A stretch of DNA of 63,003 nt, filler included, from Octopus bimaculoides (GCF_001194135.2; 7 parts of 6 records of this genome joined end to end with filler, not necessarily neighbours in it); one strand, 5' to 3'; shown: positions 1 to 12,020, counted from the first letter of the whole stretch. Program-made: numbers and translations. Notes: generated by a model from the sequence alone, not told the origin.

Positions 1-42
<42 letters not shown>

Positions 43-101
43 GTGCGCGCGTGTGTGTGTGTGTATGTGCGTGTGTGCGTGCGTGTGCGTGTGCGTGTGT
101 G

Positions 102-141
<40 letters not shown>

Positions 142-200
142 AAGAGAGAGAGAGAGAAAGAGAGAGAGAGAAAGAGAGAGAGAAAGAGATAGAGAGAGAT
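1..200. repeat. Compound microsatellite (GT)n-(AT)n-(GA)n
   Basis: Visible dinucleotide runs; the ORFs over them are low-complexity artefacts. Confidence 0.97.
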
Positions 201-329
201 TAGTCATATGATTCATTAGAATCTTGGCATATGAACACTAAGGGTACCATAAACGGTTAGGTACAATGACGTCGGGTTTCACAGTGAAGTAAAACAACCA
301 TATCATGTGTATTTATGTGACTGTATTTG

Positions 330-520
330 ACCCCCGCCCATCATCGCTTGACACCGATGTTGGTGTGTTTACGTCCCCGTAACTTAGCGATTCGGCAAAA
401 GAAACCTAGAGCATAAGTACTAAGCTTACAAAAAATAAGTCCCGGGTCAATTTGTTCGATAAAGGGTGGTGCACTATCATGGCCGTAGTCAAATGACTGG
501 AACAAATGAAAGAATAAAAG
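330..520 (+). mobile_element. SINE family B, 3' half
   Basis: catcgcttgacaccgatg...tgtttacgtccccgtaacttagcg...ggcaaaag...aagtcccgggtc...ggccgtagtcaaatgactg; the same block recurs at about 19120, 32900, 52520 and 57010. Confidence 0.85.
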
Positions 521-759
521 CATATATAAACACACATAAACGCAATTGCTCAATGTAGTTAGATTAATTCGATTAGCTCAAAGAGAGAGGGACAAAGAAA
601 AAGACATAAAGATAAAGGGGAAAGAGAGAGAGAGACATTGAAAGAGTAAGTTGACGTTATTGGCAGAAACATACAACATGGAACTGAAGATCTAAGAATT
701 AATGGAGGATGAGAAAAATGGTGCTGCACTGGAGGGACGAAACACGGTCGCAGCCGTTT

Positions 760-866
760 GAAGAAGAAGAAGAAGAAGAAGAAGAAGAAGAAGAAGAAGA
801 AGAAGAAGAAGAAGAAGAAGAAGAAGAAGAAGACGACGACGACGATGATGATGCTGATGATGATGA
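760..866. repeat. (GAA)n grading into (GAC)/(GAT)n microsatellite
   Basis: Visible trinucleotide run. Confidence 0.97.
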
Positions 867-1313
867 TAAAAAAAAACAGAAAGATTATTACTCCAACACA
901 CGATTAGTATAAAATCGTCTCGTTAATAAGGTTCAACACAATTAAAATTATTGTGATTCATTGTATTATTCATATTATTGGTCCTCCATATNNNNNNNNN
1001 NNNNNNNNNNNNNNNNNNNNNNNNNNNNNNNNNNNNNNNNNNNNNNNNNNNNNNNNNNNNNNNNNNNNNNNNNNNNNNNNNNNNNNNNNNNNNNNNNNNN
1101 NNNNNNNNNNNNNNNNNNNNNNNNNNNNNNNNNNNNNNNNNNNNNNNNNNNNNNNNNNNNNNNNTATATATATATACATACATATATATGCATATATACA
1201 TATATACATATATACATATATATAAATATATACATATATACATATATATAAATGCATATATATGCATATATCTATATATACATACACATATATGTGCATA
1301 TATATATACATGC

Positions 1314-1345
<32 letters not shown>

Positions 1346-1413
1346 GTATATCAGAATTGCTCCACGTGTCTATAGTAGCTATGTACGATATCGCTCAATA
1401 TCTGACTGTTATT

Positions 1414-1629
1414 AAACCGGCGAGCTAGCAGAAACGTTAGCACGCCGGGCATAGTGCTTAACGGTATTTCGTCTGTCTTTATGTTCTGATTTCGAATTTC
1501 GCCGAGGTCAAATTTTCATTTTATTCTTTCGTGGTCGATAAGTTACGTACAAGTTGCGGCCTGGGGATCGATGTAATCGACTAGCCCCACTCCCCAAAAA
1601 TTTCGGGCCTTGTGCCTAGAGTATAAAAG
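1414..1629 (+). mobile_element. tRNA-derived SINE family A with 17-bp TSD
   Basis: Head ggcgagctagcagaaacgttagcacgccggg, B-box-like ttcgaattt; TSD aatatctgactgttatt at 1397-1413 and 1630-1646; many sister copies in the window. Confidence 0.9.
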
Positions 1630-2342
1630 AATATCTGACTGTTATTTCTCGTCGTCTCTAGCTACTTCTACAACCCTGTACCCAAGTGTCAATTTGTATG
1701 ATTTAAACAAAAATAGCCCAAACAAAATAATTCAGTTACTAGTGGCATATATTTCGACAACATGAATTCAAGCATGTACTGTTGTTGTTTTCTTTTTTCT
1801 TTTCTTTTTTTCTGTTTTTTTTTTTTTTTTCACCGCTATATTTTTTTCCCTTCATCTTTTCTGTAGAAGAGCGTAGGCTCGAAACATTACGAACGTCTTC
1901 CATTTTTTCCTAATGCACACTGTTGTTTTTTGACCTCGTCTTTCTTGGTCATTTTAATATTATTTTTGAACCATTCAAACATATGCGTATTTGTATGGGG
2001 TTGTCTCTTATATGTGTGTATGTGAACGCATCCGTATGAGTAAGTGCATGGGAATGTCTGCTAGTATTTCCCCCCTCTCTCTCTTACACACTCTCTCTAT
2101 ATCTCTCTTTGTTTATCTATCTGTCTTTCTGTCCATATATGTTACTATGTTCACAGCTGTCATAATACACACCCGCGCTTATGCACACACTCACACACAC
2201 ATGCTTATAAACACACGCAAACGGGCATCTATATATGTATGTGTTTATTACACATACATACACACACACATGCATCTATACGTATACGTTATATAGACAT
2301 ACAAATATATATATGTGCATATATATGTATATACATGCATGC

Positions 2343-2393
<51 letters not shown>

Positions 2394-2579
2394 CTCGTAT
2401 AAACACACATACACACACACATATATATTAATGTATATATAATGTGTGTGTGTGTGTATACAAGAATATATATAATTACGCATGTATATATGATTCGAGT
2501 ATTGAACAAGAACAAATATAATTTAATAACAATGATTATATCTCATTCTCAATTACTTTTGTTGTCACGCCTACTATTC

Positions 2580-2599
2580 AGAACAGCAGCAACAACAGT

Positions 2600-2652
<53 letters not shown>

Positions 2653-2740
2653 CGGCGGCGGCGGTGGTGGTGGTGGTGGTGGTGGTGGTGGTGGCGGCGG
2701 TGGTGGTAGTAGTAGTAGTAGTTGTAGTAGTAGTGGTAGA
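2580..2740. repeat. Compound (CAG)/(GTA)/(GCG)/(GTG)n microsatellite
   Basis: Visible trinucleotide runs. Confidence 0.95.
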
Positions 2741-3049
2741 CTTTATCTTTAATTAGATCCATTATGGGCATTCTATTAACTCGCAAACATCCCGCTGGTT
2801 CTTCAATTCCTTACGTCTATAATTTGATAATGATTGGCTGTGTTCAGCTCAATGTTTATTTCTTTAATTCTGTTTCCAACGCAGTTTATATGTTTGGTTA
2901 TATCTGCCTACGAAATATATTAGAGATTTAATCGAACAAAAAGAAAACTGATACGAAGTATCGGTATTAGAATCAGAAAAGGTTAACCAAGAGCACAGAA
3001 GAGGAGGTGGCTGATTGTCTGGGATTTTCCCTTTAGTTGGTACCCCAGG

Positions 3050-3345
3050 CTCATTTTCTGATATCCACGGTGCCCAAGCTTTTTCCGTAAGACGTCAGTT
3101 CAGTATTCCACCCAACCATACATCGCTTCAGGAAAAGCGTTACATTCCTCGCAATTCCAAACAGATCTAAGCACTCAATGATCCACGAAAGTGGAATCAT
3201 ATCATAAGCTTTGCGATAGTCAATCCAGGCCATTCCCAGATGTGTTCTCTTTCGTTTACAATCTTGCATTGCCATTTTGTTTATCGATAATTGATCTTTG
3301 GTACCTCTGCATCTCCTTCTACGGCCTTTTTGTTCCGTCGGTAAT
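3050..3345 (-). mobile_element. R4/Dong-like non-LTR retrotransposon RT fragment
   Basis: [46 protein letters not shown], typical RT domain 3 region of REL-endonuclease LINEs. Confidence 0.85.
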
Positions 3346-3699
3346 AAATCGTTCTCATTATTTTAAGTAGTAGCAGAAGCAGCAGTAGTAGTAGTAGTCG
3401 ATAAAATAAGTACCAGGTGAGTACTGGGGTCAATTTAAATGACTAGCTCCCAGCCAAATTGCAGGTTTTGTGATTATTGTAGAAACGATCATTATTACGA
3501 TGACTAATGATTAGAATTGCGACATAAATTTTATTTCTTATTGTTTCAATTATTTCAGTAATTCCAAGGTGACTAATCTTGCGTCAGGTTTGTAAACATG
3601 TCCGTACTTAATGTTCTAATCAGATATGCAGCGTAAGTTTTCTCCACGACAGCCAGGGAAATCATTTCTTCAGAACTGTTTGTAAAAACAATATGCAGG

Positions 3700-4980
3700 A
3701 AGCAATTTGTTATCTGGTTTAGAAAGCGGACATTTATCAACCTTTATAGTGGGTGGAACTATGACTTTCTCAGTATTATTTTTTTTCAGAATGCATATGT
3801 ATGTAGGTAAAGATATGTATGTGTGTGTGTGTGTTAGAGTATTGTTGTATTTCGGGATGGTATTTTTTTTTTTGCTAAATAAACACTATATATTTTTGTC
3901 TTCACTCATTTATTACTGTCCTTATTTCATTATTTTACTCATGTCCATTGTCCAAAATATCTTTCGTCACACGTCTGTGACCTCTTCAGTGACACTTCTC
4001 GTTTTCGTGTGTGTTCTTGCTCCATTTACTCAATTCTGTTCTTCTAAGCTGTGTATCCTTATGTCCGCATGCGTTTGTGTCCTTGTTTGTTGGTGTGTGT
4101 GTGCATGCTTGTGTGTGTATCATAGTTTTTAGCAGCAGTGTGACCTTCCTCTCAGCCCCTTCCTCTCACCCTTTTGTCTTGCTGCTGTCCTAAGACCCGA
4201 TAAAATTGTATAGTTCTTGCATTCTTCTGTGTATGTGTTGCCATCGTGGTAGTTGTTGTTGTTGTTGCTATTGCCGTCGTAGTCACCACTGTTGCGGCTG
4301 TCAATGTTGATCGAATTATTGACATTGTTGTGACCGTCCATGAAATTTCTTGTATGTGTGTTTGTGTGCGTGTATGTATCCATATCCTTTATATAGATTT
4401 ATTTATTTTATCTGTCTTATATTTATAACAGGTAACAAATATAATTGTATATTTCTTTATATATTTATTTTTTATACATCTATTTATATTTCTCATACGT
4501 ATCACAGGTAAGTGCAGATATGCCTATTGTGTGTGCATTACCCGATATGTTTCTGTGTATTATTTACGAATTTTTCCCTCTCTCTTCTCATCCCTTCAGT
4601 GTTTAATCATGTGGTGTGGTGGTGGGTGTTAGTGTTCCATTCGTGTTTTCTATTGATGGTTGGTCTGTCTTCTGTTAGGTGTGTAGCTTCTGTCATCTGT
4701 CTATATGTCGATAATACTTTAGCCTCCATGCTATTAATCGAGAAGCCATGTTTTGACTGAGCATATTAGTAGTGCACTGACGAGCTTTTCCCTTCGTTGA
4801 GATCTCTCCTGTGTTTACCTACACGCTCTCCTATGCTACGGGCAGTTTCTCCATTTTAAGTAATTGTCATGTTTCTGCACCATCCCTCAGTACATCGTAA
4901 GCTATACACTACATTCCTAGCCTTACATTTAACCTGTGGGTTCATTTTACATACAACACAATTGTACTCCGTACAGGAGA
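3700..4980 (-). mobile_element. Penelope-like element 3' end (decayed GIY-YIG plus 3' UTR/pLTR)
   Basis: Minus strand 4960 to 4620 reads CVVCKMNPQVKCKARNVVYSLRCTEG...GETARSIGERVGKH...KHGFSINSMEAKVLST...RPTINRK; a hammerhead motif lies downstream on the same strand. Confidence 0.75.
3950..3995 (-). ncRNA. Decayed type-I hammerhead ribozyme motif
   Basis: gtgtca CUGAAGA g GUCAC agacgu GUGAC GAAA gauauu uuggac; stem II perfect, stems I and III degraded. Confidence 0.6.
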
Positions 4981-5603
4981 CTTATCAAAGGATAGGTATA
5001 TATATATATATATNNNNNNNNNNNNNNNNNNNNNNNNNNNNNNNNNNNNNNNNNNNNNNNNNNNNNNNNNNNNNNNNNNNNNNNNNNNNNNNNNNNNNNN
5101 NNNNNNNNNNNNNNNNNNNNNNNNNNNNNNNNNNNNNNNNNNNNNNNNNNNNNNNNNNNNNNNNNNNNNNNNNNNNNNNNNNNNNNNNNNNNNNNNNNNN
5201 NNNNNNNNNNNNNNNNNNNNNNNNNNNNNNNNNNNNNNNNNNNNNNNNNNNNNNNNNNNNNNNNNNNNNNNNNNNNNNNNNNNNNNNNNNNNNNNNNNNN
5301 NNNNNNNNNNNNNNNNNNNNNNNNNNNNNNNNNNNNNNNNNNNNNNNNNNNNNNNNNNNNNNNNNNNNNNNNNNNNNNNNNNNNNNNNNNNNNNNNNNNN
5401 NNNNNNNNNNNNNNNNNNNNNNNNNNNNNNNNNNNNNNNNNNNNNNNNNNNNNNNNNNNNNNNNNNNNNNNNNNNNNNNNNNNNNNNNNNNNNNNNNNNN
5501 NNNNNNNNNNNNNNNNNNNNNNNNNNNNNNNNNNNNNNNNNNNNNNNNNNNNNNTATGTACATAGGTAGATAAATAGATAGATAAATAGACAGACTGACA
5601 GAG

Positions 5604-5684
<81 letters not shown>

Positions 5685-6224
5685 GGCATACATATAGGTG
5701 CAGACGTGGCTGTGTGGTAAAGAAGCTTGCTTCCCAATCACATTTCGAGGTTCAAACTTAGAAATTAATGTGATTATATCACTTCAAGTATTTGAATCCA
5801 AAACTCAACTAAGTCTATTATTTACCACCTTCAACAGAACAGAAACGAGGCATTCATTTTAAAGGGAGGCTGTTGTCGATTAATTTCATCTCAGTATTTA
5901 CTTCTAAGTACCAGTCGATCACACTGGTCAATATAGTCGACTTACCCCCTCCTTCGACATTACTGGCCTTGTGCTAAAATCTGAAACCATTGTATTTTAT
6001 TTACACATGAAGACTAAAATTCAAAGTTGATCTTGATGGGATTTTGAATACTGATATAAGAGGCAAAAAATAGTTACCTCAAACATCTTGTCCGATGTTC
6101 TAACGAATCTGTCAATTCATCTCCAGTCACTTGCATAAAAATATTTCTTATCATGTTTCCTACCATAAGCACAAAGCCTCACTTACCTAAAGTTTTGATT
6201 TCTCTTTGTCTTATTATTTTCCAG

Positions 6225-6412
6225 TAATCCTAACAATGGAGATTGCTCTGATTGCTCCAATGATCCATGGCCCAAGTTCACACCCAAAAGGGAGATATAT
6301 GTTGTGATTGATGATAAAGCAAAGGTTGAGACGAAAGAGAATTACATGAATAATATATGCGGTTTGTGGACAGATCTTCTCCCCAAAATGAACAAACACC
6401 CTATTTGTCCAG
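6225..6412 (+). CDS. Penultimate coding exon of a type-B carboxylesterase/cholinesterase-family gene
   Basis: Acceptor ttattattttccag|, donor ccag|gtaagt; 188 bp open frame (phase 2 in, phase 1 out): (G)NPNNGDCSDCSNDPWPKFTPKREIYVVIDDKAKVETKENYMNNICGLWTDLLPKMNKHPICP, matching the GNPN..WP.F/Y..C.(F/L)W..LLP C-terminus of COesterases. Confidence 0.88.
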
Positions 6413-7719
6413 GTAAGTTTCTATATATTATCGTCTCTTATTTTCTGTGCTGATCGTTGTCATATTCAGTAGTGCACGCAACACAGACATAACCTTCTGT
6501 GCATATATATATATTATTACAAATTTTGGATTTTACCAATAGAAGCAAAATTCCTATTTCAGGAAAACCTTATTTTCTGGAATACAAATAGAAAGTTATA
6601 TCCAATATAATAATATATTATATAACAATATAATAATATAAGCATTTTAAAGCCTACTATAAAGTACAATAAATTCAATTTTAAAATATTTTTAAAATAT
6701 TTGAAAAAATATATATACATTACAGTTATTAGTCTGTGGTAAAAGAAGATAATTTTAATCAACGCTACTCGTGTTTCTGCGCTGGTGGTTTGTTTAACCA
6801 GGCCATACCTAATCCATAAATCTACCAGTGCGTTCTCAGGCTATTTTTCTTATTGTTATTATTATTAACGTATCAAACTTAAAACTACATATTCTAAGAT
6901 ATATTCAATAGAAAAATAAGAATATGAATAAAAATATAATAAAAATATATATAACTTACTAATATATTTTTAAAAATTACAAAATTAAAAAAAAAATTTG
7001 AATTAAAAATTTTATTAAATTAATAAAAATTGATAAAATTATTAAACACCTAAAAATACAATACCGATATATATACATAGAAAGTGCTAAACATAAAGAA
7101 ACCCTCATCGACTATTTTATAAACACATCAAATTTTACCGCCTATCCATATAGTCATTACGGGAATTAATAATTTATTGTAAGATTTACCCCTAACTATA
7201 CAAGAATAAATTACCATTTTTACGTCAAACGTAAGTTAATAATATTTAAAAAGTAAAAACTTCTATATACGTTATGAATTTATTGAATAAGAGTAGTAAA
7301 TGAACCTAGTAAACAAAATTAACAAAGGAAGAATATTTATCTACATGTTTACTCCTTGTTCCTGTGAAAATGGTTGCTACCACTGTCGTGCGCTAAGTAT
7401 TTTGGGAATAACATAAATAAAATAAACTACTCTGAAAAATTCTCTAAGACTGATAATATTTGAAAGGTTGAATTCAAGGGGAGATAATAACAAGATACTC
7501 TGAAATTTAGCTATAACTGGATTTTTTTCTGTAGTGTTAAAGATGTAGAGATTTATGTTATATTAAATGTGGATTGTCTATTCCTTTTAAGGTAATATTC
7601 TTGAAATATATTCTTGGTTCTTGGTATATCCGTATTTAATGCTATTATATAATTCTATTATAATTACATTTAACTATCTTCCTCATAATTGTTTAGATTA
7701 CATAATTTTATATATTTTT

Positions 7720-7990
7720 CATTTTATTATACGTAAATTTATTCTTATGTCGGCATTTTTTCCTCTCTCTTCTAAACTGTGCAGTAATACATCTCTCGAC
7801 TGGAGTATTTTCATAGACTCAGTTGTGCATAATAAGCACATTTTATTACCTATTCTATATGACTTTGCTCTACTAATGATATTCCAATTAAGGGTGTATT
7901 TCAAATTTTAACTATCATATGTATTTACTTAGACCTTTCGAATTTATTAATTTGGGATTTTAAAGGATTGGTAATGTTTGGAAAGTCATA
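7720..7990 (-). mobile_element. Penelope-like GIY-YIG C-terminal remnant
   Basis: GLSKYI*..LK..KYTLNWNIISRAKSYRIGNKMCLLCTTESMKIL, typical PLE endonuclease tail; same family as 51990-52420. Confidence 0.7.
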
Positions 7991-8104
7991 AAAATGATCA
8001 TAGTAAGGAAAATACCAAAAATAATTCGAATGGAAATAAGCATAATTATTATATACCCACGAAGAATACACTGACAATGAACAAAAAATAATTAGATGAA
8101 GTAT

Positions 8105-8140
<36 letters not shown>

Positions 8141-8141
<1 letters not shown>

Positions 8142-8465
8142 GATGGCAGCTATGTGTAGACCCAGGTTGATGCTTCCAGCCATACTGCCAAGAAAGTACA
8201 GAATTTCTGCAACTCCAACTTTGCTGCTTTCTGACCTATGAACTTTTAGCCCTCTTCCAGCCCGGATCTGAACCCTCTGGACTATATCGGGTTGGGCATT
8301 TTGGAGCATGCCACCAACAAAATCTCCCTCCTCGATATCATTCTCTGAAACCTGTTATCAATGAAGAATGGGCTAGGATGTCCAGTGGCTTCGAGGTGAA
8401 GAGTTGTGCAGGGATCCGGGGCCGTGTGGAGGCTGTAATTGCAGACAATGGAAGCCACATAGAAT
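8141..8465 (+). mobile_element. Tc1/mariner (maT/DD37D-like) transposase C-terminal remnant
   Basis: D(A)SSHTAKKVQNFC...PSSSPDLNPLDY...EW...SC..IRGRVEAVIADNGSHIE with stops. Confidence 0.8.
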
Positions 8466-9152
8466 ACGTTATTCGTTTTGTGAATGTTATTAACCTATTT
8501 TTGAATTACTAAACCTATTGATGCACAATGAGAGAGTTTCAAATGTTAATTACTAAAATAATAAACATTTGAAAATATTGATATAGATATTATTATTATT
8601 ATTATTATCATTAGTAAAATGGATTATACAACAATAAAACAGGTGGCCAACAAGCAAAAACCTATAAATGGCAAATCCAAAATTTTACAATTAATTCATA
8701 ATTATAATAGGACACGAGGTGCCAGCATTGTTGTGAAAATCAGAGTTGAAAAATCCTCTAAGAAAACCACCAATCACTGGAAAAATTACAAGCATAACAG
8801 AAATCAGACTACGAGCAAAGCAGAAAGCCGGAAAATGAGGAAATAGATATCTATGGATCAATTGATTTTAAATTTCGAGAGTTTATCTTCCTTAATTCTC
8901 ATCAGCAGGAATCACTATTTACCTAGGGTTAAAAACTTAGCTCGATTCCTTGTGTTTGGTAACCGTTGAAAAGCTAGAGCCAAATTTTAAAAAAAACTGG
9001 TGCCAGTGTATGAAATTACTGAATGAATAAATATTCGAAAATATTTATATAGATATAATTCATTATTATCATTAATAAAATGAATAACAACAATAATATA
9101 GGTGGCTAACAAGCAAAAACTGATAAATGGCAAATCCATTTACACACACACC

Positions 9153-9238
<86 letters not shown>

Positions 9239-9270
9239 TGCACACAGACACACTCACGCACACACATATA

Positions 9271-9425
9271 TCTAATATAATAAATGCGAAAAGTAATTTC
9301 TGTGTGTCAGTGTGTCACACTTCGACCCCGTCTCTTACTATTCATTAACACTCCTACTATTGCTCATGTTGGGGTGAGAGTAATAGTAGGCATAGAAACG
9401 GTGAGGGCAGTGGCGAAAACTGACA

Positions 9426-9473
<48 letters not shown>

Positions 9474-10085
9474 AAATAGAGAGACACAAAATATAGAGAG
9501 AGCTGAATTTTTTTTTTTAAAAGTAGTAGTGTTGATGGTGGCTGTGCGAGTAAAAATAATGAGAGAGAATGAGTCGCTATGTGAGAGAAAGAGGAACTGA
9601 CCACTGAACTAACAGGCTAAAGTAACATACTGAACGAACACACACATTTAGCCTTTTTGTGATAGAAATGGGGTGATAGTAATAGTATGGGCTGTAGTTG
9701 TGATAGTGGCAGAGGCGGCAGTGATGGTGGTGGTGGTGGTGGTAGCCGAGGTGGTGAGGGATGAAGTGAGAGTAAGCTATTTGAAAGACAGTAGTGATGA
9801 TTATGGAAGAGAAGGCGGCGAAGTCAAAGGTGTTGACGGTGGTGGGATCAGAAGTCTGCATGGTGTGTGTATGGCAGATCTAGTGGCGATGGTGGTGGTG
9901 GTTTAAGTTCCAAATCAACAAATTTTCTCATTGTTTTCATGAAAATTGTTCACTGCTTGAAAAATATTGTTGAAGTTTAATAAAATTTAATATACACTCG
10001 ATGCAAGAAGTGTCATTTTTGGGCCCAAGGCCTAATGAAGCGTCCCCACAGGATTCATCTTATAAGATAGATCCTTTTAAACTAC
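9271..10085 (+). mobile_element. Non-autonomous Helitron
   Basis: Starts a|TCTAATATAATAAATGCGAAAAGT (Helitron-type 5' TC end); the last ~135 bp match the 3' terminus of the helicase-bearing Helitron at 47075-47218; ends ...aaCTAC|t. Confidence 0.75.
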
Positions 10086-10089
10086 TATG

Positions 10090-10129
<40 letters not shown>

Positions 10130-10130
<1 letters not shown>

Positions 10131-10350
10131 TGGTTGTCTACTCCTTATACAGAATCTGACCACCTCCTGTAACTACACCCTAGAACTATCATAGCGTGTA
10201 ATGTGGCTTTTTAAACCTGACAATGTTTTCAAAAGATTCCCACATAAATTCCATATCTGATTTGGACCACCAAGAACAACAGTTAAGTTCTGATCTTTGT
10301 GGATCTTAAAATGTCTTTTGAGGCCTCCATTAAATTTGCAGACCTTATGG
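10130..10350 (-). mobile_element. LINE (RTE-like) 3' end with two degenerate C2H2-like motifs
   Basis: ICHKVCKFNGGLKRHFKIH...NLCGNLLKTLSGLKSH, ending next to an (AT)n tail. Confidence 0.5.
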
Positions 10351-10439
10351 CATATATGCATACATGCATACATACATACATACATACATACATACATACA
10401 AACATAAAACATACGTATATAAATATATATGTATGTATG

Positions 10440-10499
<60 letters not shown>

Positions 10500-10539
10500 C
10501 ATGCATATATGTATCTGTTGTTATGTCCCGTTATTATTC

Positions 10540-10830
10540 CTACTGTATTTGTGTAACATTGTTCGTTTTTTTCTGTCCTTGTTTTTGTATACGTTCGCTG
10601 CTTTCTTCCAAGGAATCTAATGCTCTTAGCATAGTTTTTCCTTGGGGCTGGCCAGATTGGAGCAATATCGAGAATAACCAGCCGAAACTGCAAGGATAAT
10701 CTGGAACTCGACTGAAGAAAGAAAACTCCGAATGACCCGTCCGTGTTTTCTTTGTATCGTCTATCTGGATGTTTTGTCCCTTTCTTGTATCACCTAACTG
10801 TCTGGATGTTTTGTGTTCTTGTCCCATTCT
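10540..10830. repeat. Interspersed repeat; diverged inverted homolog at 28460-28730
   Basis: gctggccagattggagc...gaactcgactgaagaaag...ctccgaatgacc matches the reverse complement of 28540-28720. Confidence 0.8.
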
Positions 10831-11532
10831 GTATTATATANNNNNNNNNNNNNNNNNNNNNNNNNNNNNNNNNNNNNNNNNNNNNNNNNNNNNNNNNNNN
10901 NNNNNNNNNNNNNNNNNNNNNNNNNNNNNNNNNNNNNNNNNNATATCTTGACCTAAAACATTTTATGCCAATTGGAGATCACTCATGTCATTACCACGCG
11001 TAGATGTAAACATTGAAAGTTGATGTTAATATTACGAAAAATTACATTCTCATTGTTATATTTATCCTAGCTTAGTATTGATCTAGCATACCTTTGATCA
11101 AAGAGAAATCTATCCGTGATAATACTGATTTTTTGTGTGTTTTTTTTTTTACCGATGCACTTATCTAGCACCACCTTATTTCATGTGTTCTTCCTTTTTA
11201 AGGCAATTAAGAATGACGTAAAGGAAAACTGGGTGCTAGTTTTTTGCAGGTGGGGAGACGAGGTAGAAATTCCTATGCGGTCTCATAGCTCCAGGTGAAC
11301 AAACACTCCTACCGTGGATGTTTCTTCTCTTTGTCTCTTGAAATATAGTTTGTTTAGGACCACGCTTTCTAATATAATTCTTTGTGGGATTTAGTGGAAA
11401 GAAACACTGAATTTGGCTAAACTTACAATGTGCACTCCCCACTTCTCTCTCACTCTCTCGCTCTCTCTCTCTCTCTCACACACACACATACACACACATA
11501 CACAAACACACACACACAGACACACTGACACA

Positions 11533-11576
<44 letters not shown>

Positions 11577-11695
11577 CACACTAATATATGTCTGTCATAG
11601 ACTATACTTACAACATAACATACATTTACCTCGTGCCATTGCAATAAAATACAACTCATTAACGAAAAATTATTTTATTCCATTCTGTTTTTCAG

Positions 11696-11808
11696 TACCA
11701 ACAAGCGGATCACAGAATATCTGGACATTCCAGGGAAGAATTCTGACCTATTTTACATCAATTTCTTTCTCTTTGTTATTGTTTTGGAACTTTTTGCTTA
11801 AATGCTGA
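11696..11808 (+). CDS. Terminal coding exon of the carboxylesterase-family gene (GPI-anchor-signal-like C-terminus)
   Basis: Acceptor ttctgtttttcag|; phase-1 compatible with 6412 (G|TA = Val): VPTSGSQNIWTFQGRILTYFTSISFSLLLFWNFLLKC*; small residues S-G-S, then spacer, then hydrophobic tail. Confidence 0.78.
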
Positions 11809-11911
11809 GTTAATCTCTGAACATTCCAGGGAAGAATTCTGACCTATTTCACATCAATTTCTTTCTCTTTGATATTGTTTTGGAACTTTTTGCTTAAAGG
11901 CTGAGTTAATC
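11725..11911 (+). repeat. Tandem duplication (96-bp period) of the end of the CDS into the 3' UTR
   Basis: 11725-11815 and 11821-11911 differ at 3 positions. Confidence 0.95.
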
Positions 11912-11948
11912 ACATCACTCTATATTGACATTGCCGTGTTATCTAATT

Positions 11949-11954
11949 AATAAA
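11949..11954 (+). promoter_or_regulatory. Candidate polyadenylation signal AATAAA
   Basis: First AATAAA after the stop codon and the duplicated segment. Confidence 0.45.
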
Positions 11955-12020
11955 ATCATTTTATCTTTTGTGCTTTCACACTTTATTTCACGTTTCTCCA
12001 GTTCACTCAGCAGGCAAACA

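Noticed and set aside
1855-1895. ctgtaga a GAGC gtag GCTC GAAAC hammerhead-like motif
   Set aside because: Stem II pairs, but A6 is U, and stem III and the cleavage triplet are not intact in this copy; at best a decayed relative.
6779-6831. GC-rich imperfect hairpin in an AT-rich intron (possible pre-miRNA)
   Set aside because: Only about 15 bp with wobbles and a 22-nt loop; too weak without small-RNA data.
6420-7330. Very AT-rich tract resembling a mitochondrial insertion
   Set aside because: No recognisable mitochondrial gene, tRNA or rRNA motif.
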